Below, piece by piece: positions 11,351-22,039 of a DNA stretch of 64,000 bases. This DNA is from Geosiphon pyriformis uo1. Taxonomy: Eukaryota; Fungi; Glomeromycota. The stretch lies in the NCBI GenBank assembly GCA_016748015.1, contig JAAOMT010000697.1:759566-823565 (forward strand), in the 5' to 3' direction. Made by a program: the position numbers and the translations under genes. Each line of letters begins with the position of its first letter. Position 1 is the stretch's first letter. The notes under the pieces are model-generated. The model saw only the letters and a list, made by a program, of their open reading frames with translations. It did no database searches and was not told the DNA's origin.

Positions 11351-13180
11351 CAAACATTAAATTTACCACTTATCCATTTCTCAAGACCAGAAGATTTTTA
11401 GTTACCCAAAAGTCCTACTTAACAGCAAGAACCCATATCAACCAGCACCAATATTATTGATTACTTACAAGAAAATAAAAGTAATCATTCAGAGAATTTA
11501 GAAAGTAAAGAAACTGAATCAGAACAAGAAGAAACTACAGAAAACAAAGAAGAAATAGCAACTGCTTATATTGCAAAAATCCCAGAATTTACTGATAAAG
11601 ATAACAATACCAGCCCTCAAAAATGGTTTAACAAAGTCCAAAAAACAGAAGATGCAAATGGATAAAATGCAGCAAAAATGCTCAAAGCAATCTCATACTT
11701 TTTTTAAAAAACTACAGGAAAATGGTTTGAAAACTTAGAAGAACTATTTGGAAACTGGTAAGCATTCAAAGATGCTTTTTTACAACAATTTACCAACAAC
11801 AACACCTTTATTACTTTCTATAATTGCTTTTGCAATATTAAACAAGAAACATCTGAAACTGTCATAACCTATTTTAGAAGATTCAACAAACTTCTTTGAC
11901 AAATTCGATAATTGAAAACCAATGAATATTATTCCAATGCCCAAATTTTGGATCAGTTTATAGCAGAATTGAAAGACAAGTTAATTAAAAAAGTTTGCCC
12001 ACATGTCTCAAAAGACTTAGCAACAGCTATTAGACATGCAAAGAACTATAAAATGGCAATAGAAGAAGCAAACTATACCAAACTTCTGAACCTTGCTATT
12101 GGAGAAACCAGCTCAGCAGCTAAAAAAAAATTAACCAACTTACAAAAAAGGTTAAGAACTATTTTACCAATTAACAATAATAGCAACAACCATAAAAATA
12201 TTAGCCATCACAGTAACGAAACCAAAACAACTATTCTTCATCAACAAACAACTAAAACCAAAGTTGTCACTATTGTGAAATTCAAGGACATTGGAAACAA
12301 AATTGCAGAAAGCTACAAAGAAACCAACAAAATATGAGTAATCAATATTATCCTTTAACACAACAATCTTATTATCAGTCTTCACTACCAGTCTACTATT
12401 CTTCAAGACTTTAACAGCAAAACAATTACTATTAGCCTGTCTTACAACAATAATATCAACAATCTCTACCAATCCAACAGTATCAATAACCATCTACATA
12501 ACAATATCAATTACCAGCCCAAAGATTGGTTTAACACAACTAATTCACATTACAAAACTATTTTCCAACAAACAACAATAAGATTAATCTAAACAACCAG
12601 TTGGTTCCTTGAAATTCTAATCAACAAAGATTCAATCACTACTACACTTAATCCAGTTATTTCACAATGCCTAAAGGATCGAATTTTCAACAAACTGTAC
12701 TTTTTGAAGATAAAGTTGCAGCACCAAGATCAAACTCTTCCAACAATATTATTTTACCAGCCCAAATTGCCCAAAATGCCAACTTTTCAGATATATTCCC
12801 ATTCGAATTTGAAGCAAATGAATCACCATTCTTGTTTAGCAATGCAGCAGTTAATAAACAAAAAGCAATCATAGCTATGTATACTGAAACTGAAATAAAA
12901 GAAAAACCAATTTGGTTAATCTTAAACAGTAGATTAGCTAGAAGTATTATTACCTATCAATTGATGCAACAGCTTGAAAAAAACGTCGACAGACCAGCTC
13001 AAACTGTTATTATTACAGCAGATAAAATGAAAAAGACACCAATAGGAGAAATTGACAATTTCTCATTTACTATTAATGGAATCATCATTTCAGTTAAAGT
13101 TTTAGTCATAGATGCACTCCAATACCAAGCTCTTGTTGGAAATAATTGGCTTCTCAAGACCAATGCAAGTTTAGATTAGG
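11351..13180 (+). pseudogene. Gag and protease of element B
   Basis: AYIAKIPEF...WFNKV, ILDQFIAELK, CHYCEIQGHWKQNC knuckle (~12265), AMYTETEIKEKPIWLILNSRLARSII...QALVGNNWL. Confidence 0.88.
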
Positions 13181-13429
13181 AAATCCAGAAATTGAAGATT
13201 TTATACCAAAGACAATACACCAAAGTATCTGTTACTTATGGTGCTTTTAATAAAAAATCTGAGAAAGCCCTAGTATTAGAATTTGAAGAGAAAAAAGAAC
13301 TACCAATTACTGAAATCTTTATGGCTCTTGGATTACCATCCAATTGGGCTGAAAAAACAAAACAAGAAATCTTTGAAAAACCCAGAAAATGAAATGTTGT
13401 TTGATATTCTACACCAAAACCAAGGAAAC

Positions 13430-14610
13430 AACCACCCTATATCCCACTTAAATGTAGAAATTGCAAGAAAAAAATTTCATCAATGAGAGCATATATTTCT
13501 TTAGAAAAGGAATATGAAACTCACACTTGTTACTACTGTAAAGCATGCCATAGAGAACGATTTGAATACTCCAAATGAAGTGAAAAATGAGACAACACTC
13601 CTTGTCTCATATGTGAAGATATGTTATCAGAAGAATACAACTGGATTGATGTTGCAATAAGAAGAGGAGTATGTGATCAAATCTGCCAATATGCTCTATC
13701 AATTTTGGAAAAAGTTAAAAGAAGAACATTTTTTGATGCAGCATACAACAGTGCTTTCAACAAACTTTACTATTATTCTCATGATGCTGAAATAATCTTT
13801 GATTTAGCAATAACTTTAATCAATAGAGCCACACAGAAAGATGTCTAACAAATGAAAGAAGCTAAATACATTGAGTACATAATAAAATTAGCTGGATTCA
13901 ACTATAAAAATAAAGTGAAAACATATTACCAAATTGCAAGTTACACTTATCCAATCCAAGAAGCTCAAATTCAATGATTAGAGCAAATAAACATTTAATT
14001 GTGTAAAAAATACATCATGTTTTGTGATGACAAAGAATGTTCAAAATGCTATGCCCTTAGCATCTCTTTGTCCAGCAAAAATAATCAGAAAGAAATTGAG
14101 TTTGGAGAACATAAGCCAGAAGAAAAAAATACAACAACCCCAATTTATCTTACTAAAAACCAGTCTGCTATACAACTCAAATACTTTAACAACAATGGAA
14201 AAGAAATAAAACCAAAAAAAGCTCACGAAATTGATGCAAGATATGACCTAAGATATCCTGGTAAAGACACTTTGGTTTTTCAACCAAAATTCTTAACCAA
14301 AATCAACTTTAAAATTGCTTTTAAAATACTACTAGAAGCAATGGTACAAATCACTTCTCAATTATCATTGACAAGCAAAGAAATCAATATCAGAAAAGAA
14401 GTTATAAATGCAGAATATACTGAAAACATCATTATTATGTTACAGAATAAAACAGACAAACTATTTAGGATTGAACATACTGAAAAGATTGTCCAAGCAA
14501 TTTACTTACTCTTAATCAAAATTTCGGGTTTATAATCAGTCAACAACAGAAAACAACTAGGCAAAAGTAAAAGAAAAATACAAGGTTTTGGTTCAATTGG
14601 ACGATTTACA
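13430..14610 (+). pseudogene. Cys-rich module plus dUTPase of element B
   Basis: CRNCKKK, YYCKAC, DNTPCLIC, GVCDQICQY, LCKKYIMFCDDKECSKC; then KAHEIDARYDL, VINAEYT, KIVQAI, KIQGFGS. Confidence 0.85.
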
Positions 14611-15039
14611 GTTTCAGTAAACATAGCTTTCAATATACAGAATGAATTTTACCAGATTTTTTAACTTCTCCAACCAATTACTATTTTACTTTTTGAAGAA
14701 TATCACGAAATTTACACTTGCTCAAAACCCACCACTACTCAACAAATCTTTGAATTCAATGAACAAATTTGTTTAAAGCATAAAATCTTAATTCCAAATG
14801 TTTATATTCCCAAAGGAATGAAGAAATTTTGAGTTACATTTTACAACCCCAATAATTACCCTATTATTCTATTAAATAAATTAGAGATTGGAATCATATA
14901 TAATAACATATTCTAAGATAAAAACCCTCAAATTGTCTCTAATTTCATTGAAATTGTAAGACATATCCTACTTCCCAATCTAAACATTATTTCTACTACT
15001 AAAAACTACTATTTTTTGGAAAAAAAACTCTTTTGAATT

Positions 15040-16449
15040 AACATGAATCCCTTAGAACTCCAACAACAAAGACAATTGAAACAGTTAATAGCTGAATTCG
15101 CTAACATATTTGCAAAAGACAACAATAATCTGGGAAAAACTAATTTTGTTTAACATCAGATTCACACAGAAGATGCTCTACTAAAATGACAACAAGCTTA
15201 TTGAGTACCACTTACCAGCCACCAATTCATTAGAGAAGAGATTTAAAAAATGCTCAATAATAGATTGATTCAATTATCAAGAAGTTCATGAATTTTACCA
15301 GTAGTCTTTGTTAAAAAGAAAAATAGAAAAATCAGATTTTGTGTTAACTATTGCCAACTAAACAATATGACAATTGGAAATGTCTACCCTTTTTCAAGAA
15401 TTGATGACATACTAGATGCTTTAGAAAAAGCCAAGTTCTTTTTAACTTTAAACTTGGAAAGTAGATACTGACAAGTCGAAATAGATCCAAAAAATAGACC
15501 CAAAACAGTATTTACCATTCAGAAAGGAAATTATGAATTCAATATTATGCCTTTTGGATTCTGCAATATACCAGCAACATTCCAGTGACTTATGGATATT
15601 GTATATAAAGGACTTTTATGGCAATCAGTAGTTGTCTATCTTGATATTACTGATGTATATTCACCAAGTTTTGAAGCCCATCTTATCTACCTGCAAAAAG
15701 TTTTTCAACAATTATGAAAAGCAGAATTAAAGTTGAATATTGAGAAATGTCACTTTGAAAAAACAAGTTTAATCTTTCTTGGACACATTGTTAGCAAAGA
15801 TGGAGTCAAACCAAATTCTGGAACAATTAGTGTTGTTAAAAACTTTCAAACTTCCAAAAATACCACAGAACTATGAGGATTTGTAGGATTAGCCTTTTAC
15901 TATCAAAAATTCATTAAAGAATTCTCAGAGATTGCCAAACCACTCAATTATCTTATCAACAAAAATGTGCCATACCAATAGACTAAAGAACAACAGAAAG
16001 CTTTTGAAATTCTTAAGACAAAATTAACACCAACACCAGTTCTTGCTTATCCAAACTTCAACAAATGATTCCAACTAGCCACTAATGCTTTACATATAGC
16101 TTTTGGTGCTATTCTATCACAATTAAATAAAAATAGCCAGAAGCAAGTTATTGCCTATGCCAGCAAAATACTTAAGCCAACAAAATTCAAATATAGCTCA
16201 ACTGAATTAGAAGCTGTTGCAGTCATCTGGGCTCTTAAACACTTTTAACAATACCTGAAAAATGAAAAAAATTTTGATATCATAATCAACAATATTGGTC
16301 TCAAATGGCTTAATAAAAAGAAAACAGAACAAAATACCAAACAGTCTTAATGGAATAATTTTCTAGCAGACTACAAATATATTATACATCACAAACCAGG
16401 AAAACTACACACTAATGTTGATAGCCTCTCAAGAATAAGACAAGATTAA
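15040..16449 (+). pseudogene. RT and RNase H of element B
   Basis: PVVFVKKKNRKIRFCVNY, RIDDILDAL, MPFGFCN, VVYLDI (decayed YLDD), TNALHIAFGAIL, YSSTELEAVAVIWAL, NVDSLSRIRQD*. Confidence 0.92.
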
Positions 16450-16506
16450 TACCAATAACAATTTTACTACAACTTACCAACTTATCAACAAAATAACAAA
16501 ACAACA

Positions 16507-17892
16507 ATGGATTCCAGAAATTACAACAATCTTAAAAACTATTTGAAGATTCTGACCATGCCAGAAAATTAGTCTCCAAGTGAAAAACATCAATTACAAC
16601 ACCAATCAAAACAATATTTCATATACCATAACAAAATCTATTATAAAAATTGCAGAAACTCAAACCAATCACTTAGATTAGTACAAGAAAATGAAAAAAA
16701 AACAATTCTATACAACATGCACACAAATTTTTCTTCAGCACACTTGGGAAGAAATAAAACAATTCAAAGAACTCTTAAACATTATTTTTGGCCTCACATA
16801 CAAAAAGACATTTGACAATATATAAAATTTTGTGATAGTTGTCAAAAAAGAAAAGAAACTCACTTCACAGAACCTTTAAATCCAATCAAAGTTGAACAAT
16901 CTTTTGACAAAGTTGGAATTGATTTAGTCAGACCATTACCTATTACAACCCAAAAAAATCATTATATTGCAATTGCAGTAGATTATCTTATTAAATGGCC
17001 TGAAGTTAGAGCCATCTAAAGAGCAGATACAAAATCAGTAGTAAATTTCATCTATAAAGACATTATTTGTAGACATAAATGCTTAATTGAATTTTTATCT
17101 GATCAAAGAACACATTTTGTAAACAACTTGATACAAAAAATTTGTAAATAATTCAATGTCAAAAAACTTCTATCATTACCTTATCACTTTCAAACAAATG
17201 AACTTGTAGAACATTTCAACAGAACATTGTGTGAATCTTTAGCCAAAGTCTCAACAAATTTTGAGCAAAAATAAGATATCTTTATTCCATCAGTATTACT
17301 AGCATACAGAACACTAAAACAAAATACTATAAAACACACACTATTTGATCTTATTTATAGAAGGACAACAATATTACCAATTAATTTCACAGTGGAAACA
17401 TACTCAGTGCAACCAATCAATGAAGAAAACTTTCAAGAAACACTTCAAAGAAGAGCTTATACTCTTCTTAGTATATTGAAAAAAAAAAGATAAATAGTAG
17501 CAACTTATATTGAATACTCCCAATCTCAATAAAAAGAAAGACATGACAACAAATTACCACTAGTTACCAACAAATTTAAAGTTGAAAATAAAGTTCTTTT
17601 ACACAGAACTAAGGCTAAAAAACAATAGAGTGGAAAATTTGAACATAAATGGAATGAACCATTTTATATTCACGAAATTCTAAGCAATGAATTATATAAG
17701 TTAAGACTTAATAACAAAGTACTAGCAAAAGTTGCACATGGAGATTGATTGAAACACTATTATTCCAGAAACAATCTTGAATTATTAATTCTACAAATTG
17801 GTATACATTCCTTTTTAATCAATCCTAAAGATATTCTCCAAAATTTAGAACCAATAATTATAATAAAACAACAACCAAACTTGAACACTTAA
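16507..17892 (+). pseudogene. Integrase of element B
   Basis: MDSRNYNNLKNYL..., AHLGRNKT, YFWP...CDSCQ, GIDLVRPL, SDQRTHF, QTNELVEHFNRTL, KWNEPF, AHGD*LK, LEPIIII. Confidence 0.9.
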
Positions 17893-18047
17893 TTCAACAT
17901 ATTTTTATAATAATCTTTTTAATAACACACAAAAACAGAAAACAAAAATAGTAAATAATTACAAGAAATACCCAAACCCAAAAAACAAATAAAAACCCTC
18001 TACCCAAAAATTATTTTTTTTATTTTTTTTAGTTAGTTATTTTTATC

Positions 18048-18735
18048 ATGATTATTCCTCAAAATATCCAATAAATATCCCAAAAATTAATGTTAACTTT
18101 AAAAACACTTCTTGACTTATCCATAATGATTAATGGAAGTCAAATTAATTATATTCAGAAGGAAACCACAACCTCAATAGTAAATAATTTTCAGAATTAT
18201 CACCCATATAGAAGAAAAACAAGAGATTACTCTAAAATTCAATTACCAGAACTTTTGAAGCAAGCACTAAAAGAAAACCTTTTATTTGTCCCTATTGATA
18301 TTTCACCAAATGCCACAATTCAACAAAAACTTCTACTATTCCTTAATGAACAGAACAATAAACATACCTTTATACATAGATATTTTCATATTGGAAAAAC
18401 ACTTTATGAATGAAAACTGGAACTTGAAGCAACCAACATTATTTCTGAAGTTATACAAAAACAAATTCACAATGAATTTAAGACAGCAGCTAGACCAACA
18501 AATACTTATTACAAACTTAGAACAGCATTTAAACTCTATGATTTATTTAATACTTGTGAAAATGTCCTACAAAATTCAATACTTCATCCAATAAAAATTT
18601 AATACATTGGAAAACTCACAGAACTGAAATTTTAACAATTTTCAGACCAAATCACTTTAATTATTTTGGACCACTATCTTGATATTACAGATAGTGCTTG
18701 GACTTTGACAAAGCTCAGTCTTGAAGAAGAAATTA
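18048..18735 (+). pseudogene. ORF3 of element B (~230 codons, runs to the PPT)
   Basis: One reading frame with only point-mutation stops: MIIPQNIQ*ISQKLMLTL...RYFHIGKTLYE*KLEL...RTAFKLYDLF...YIGKLTELKF. Confidence 0.75.
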
Positions 18736-19696
18736 TGTTATCAGTAGAATTTTAGCTATTAATTAGCATGAAATTATCCTTATAATTTCTATTATTAACT
18801 AGCATATATTATTATTATTTTGATTATCATTTATTATTTAATTAAATTATCAAATATTATTATTTAATCAATAATTTAATTTGTATCATAAAAATTAAGA
18901 TGATTAAATTACACAATACCCTAAACTATTTAATATAGTCAAAATTCGCCAAAATTAATGAAAATTGGCCAAAATAATCAATAGTTTAATGAAATAACTT
19001 GTAGTTTGCCAAAATATATTTTTAGTTCACTAAAATTGTAGCAAAAAAAAAAATGCAAGTTCAAAAACTAATACTATAACAAGTTGTATAAAAAAAGAGC
19101 TTTTTTCTTCAAGAAAATATATTTTCTTATAGTATTTTATCATAATATCTTATTTTAAATATCTTAATTAGAACAAATTACCTTTTACACATTTCAATAA
19201 AAATTAAATATTCGAAAACCAAATCTTTTGATTATTACACATGAAATTTCTTTAACACAACTAACATTTTGAAATTGATTAGCTACCAATTTCAGTAATC
19301 TGTTAGTGACTTCAGGTCTGAATAGAAAACATTTCTCTTGACACAATTCTATTTCTTTTATATTCCATTCTTTTTCTTATCATAATTATTAGAGTAGCCT
19401 ACATACAAGATTCCTGTAAAAGAGTTGACTTTTACAGCAAAGTAATTACACATTCTTAGTAAGCTTTCAGATGAGCAATTTCTGGAAAAGAGTTGACATT
19501 TACTACAATGTAACTACATAAAATAACTGGCACAGAATTGGCCATTCTACTTATAAGTCCAGCAGTTCAAATTATAGAAGATAATTTGAAGATAAATTCA
19601 GTTATTGGAGGTTCAATTGCTTTCAAAAAATGTGAAATTAGCAACAGATAAACAGTAACAACATTCAAAAAAAGAGACCAAAAACCTTTAGTAACA
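18736..19696 (+). repeat. 3' LTR of element B (961 bp)
   Basis: TGTTATCAG...TAGTAACA; preceded by purine tract gaagaagaaatta; direct repeat of 2855-3528; TATA-like gtataaaa near 19086. Confidence 0.92.
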
Positions 19697-19700
19697 ACAT

Positions 19701-19986
19701 CAAAAATAGCTTGGTAAAAAACCTCAAAAAAAGAGTATAAAGTTTAAAAAATTTACAGATAGCTTACCAAAAGAACACAACTGCCAGAATAAATTAGCCA
19801 CCACATTAAAGATAGAAATTGGACAGAATTACAATTCCAAGAGACTACTAAAACAATATTGAATCTCTGTTTATTATACAAAAAATTTAAACCAAAATTT
19901 TCAGATAGTTCTAACCATATCAGTTAATGAATATCAAGTTATGAATTTGTTATTTATATTAACACTCCAAATAATTATCTGTAACA
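19701..19986 (+). repeat. 3' LTR of element 1, displaced 3' part
   Basis: Reverse-complement homologue of 3529-3815; ends ataattatcTGTAACA. Confidence 0.85.
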
Positions 19987-20066
19987 ATGGTATTTGATTT
20001 TTTTATACAATTAATATTAATATCTTTTTATTTACTTTTTTAATATTAAAATTTAATAAATAAAAA

Positions 20067-20099
<33 letters not shown>

Positions 20100-20930
20100 T
20101 TTATTGATTTACGAGTGAGATCTAAACACCACCTAGAGAAATACATCAACAACAGTGATCTAAACTAGGCATAAATCATGCACTTTCTACACATGACCAG
20201 CCATTTGGGCCAATCAGAATAACACTAAGCACCTATATGAACTGAGACTGAATCACCAATTCCTGAAAAAAACAAACAAGACTTGCGAAGCCCAAAACAA
20301 ATGCCAAATGCCTCAGCAATACCCAGCAACCTAATAACACCCACAGAAAGGAGCAAAGACAACCCAAAAACCAATATCAGAGCTGAACCATCAGGTAGAA
20401 TTAAGCCATTCATTTCCATAAAAGCATAATGCTTTGTATGGACCAACCAGACTTTATCCCTAAAAGCCAGACAGAAAGTGCACAGAAAATTTACGACCTT
20501 CAAACTCATGATTTTGGGATTACCAAACACAGACACTGCCTTTCAAATTCATCCATCAAATACAAAACCTTTGCAAAGAGCAGTATACACATTAACATTG
20601 AATGCACAGGATGAAAATAACTAAAACACATAAAAAGACAATTGAAAAAGACCAGAAAGCACTCTCCAAGCATCCGCATGGGTATCCAACAAATGGCAAC
20701 AAGCAGAGTCATTAGCCACACAAAAAAAGACATGATTTGACACCTTAATATTTCCACAAAATAAGCAAATCACACTAGAGTAAAGTCTGCTGTATAGCCA
20801 TTTCCAGACAGCCACAGGTAGCTGATAATACAAAGCTTTCATAAAATAAGTATGGGCACCAGATGAAAACTTACTGGTAAAACCAACATTTATATGCAAA
20901 TCAGGATGCCAATATTATTATTATTAAATT
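20067..20930 (-). mobile_element. LINE copy 1, 5'-truncated (ORF2 C-terminus, 3' UTR, (TAA)n tail)
   Basis: WHPD...TYFMKALYYQLPVAV...CLFCGNIKVSNHVFFC...VSVHIGA*; conserved 3' UTR; TTA repeats on both flanks. Confidence 0.9.
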
Positions 20931-22039
20931 TTTTAATATTATTACTTTTTTTACTTTTTTTTAAAAATTAAAACATTAATATTATTAAAACCCAAGTTTT
21001 TTATCTTTTTTTTCAAATTTATTATGTATTTATATTATTAATAATATTAAAATTAAACAAAAAAAATTTGATTTTATTGAATAAAATATTAAAATAACTA
21101 AAAAATAAAAAAAAACTATTTTTATAAAAAATCACTTTTTAAAAATTTTAAAACAAAAAAAAATTTAGTAATTTATTTTAATATTTAATATTTTTATAAA
21201 ATATAATCTACAAAAAAAAGAATATTATTAACAAAAATATAAATAAAAATAACAAATAAAAAAATTTAGAAAAAAATTATTTATTTTTCAAAATTTTTAA
21301 AATATTATATTGTTATATTATAAAAAATAAATAAAAAATAACAAATAAAAATTTAAATAATAATAATATATTAAAGATTTTGGCAATTTATAAAAAATAA
21401 AATTATTAATTATATAATTAAAATATTGATTAATATTAAAACTAAATTTAAATATATTTACATAATTAATTAAAAACTTATTTTAAATGTTAAAAAAATC
21501 TTATTTCAATAATAATAAAAATTAATTCAATATTTTTTGTTAACTTATTTATTAATAAAAATTATCAAAAAAATACAATTTTATTGTTTTTATATATTGA
21601 TGTATTTCAAATTTAAAAAATTGTTTTATAAATTGTGATTATAATCTTAAACCCCGGTTTTTGGGTAATATAATTATTATTTTGCAATATAATGGATAAC
21701 ATCACAGATATTTAATGATTCTTTTCATATTTGATTGTAGGTTTAATTTCTCAGGAAAACGTGATACCTATTGATTACTCCATTGGTTACACGGGTGAAA
21801 GGTTGCAAAATGTATCAGGTATTCTCTACCCGATACAACTCTAGCAAATATCTAGTATGTGATCCCTTCATATCAGATATAACTATTTAATATCAGTATT
21901 CAATAATTCAGCCCCCGTTTTCAAGAAGTTCGTCCTCATCCAGCCAAAAGGGAAATTTTTATAGGACCGTTTCTTTCACCATATAAATACTTCACTAACA
22001 AGTTATTAACAAATTCACTCTTTGGACACCATAATAAAC

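Larger units (their letters stand above)
2855..19696 (+). mobile_element. Ty3/Gypsy LTR retrotransposon B (degenerate), 4-bp TSD ACAT
   Basis: Starts TGTTACCAG at 2855 and ends TAGTAACA at 19696. ACAT lies at 2851-2854 and 19697-19700. Removing B restores a continuous element-1 LTR (taattgacat|caaaaatagcttggtaaaa). Confidence 0.9.

Noticed and set aside
18048-18735. env gene
   Set aside because: No signal peptide, furin site or transmembrane helix visible; kept as unknown ORF3.
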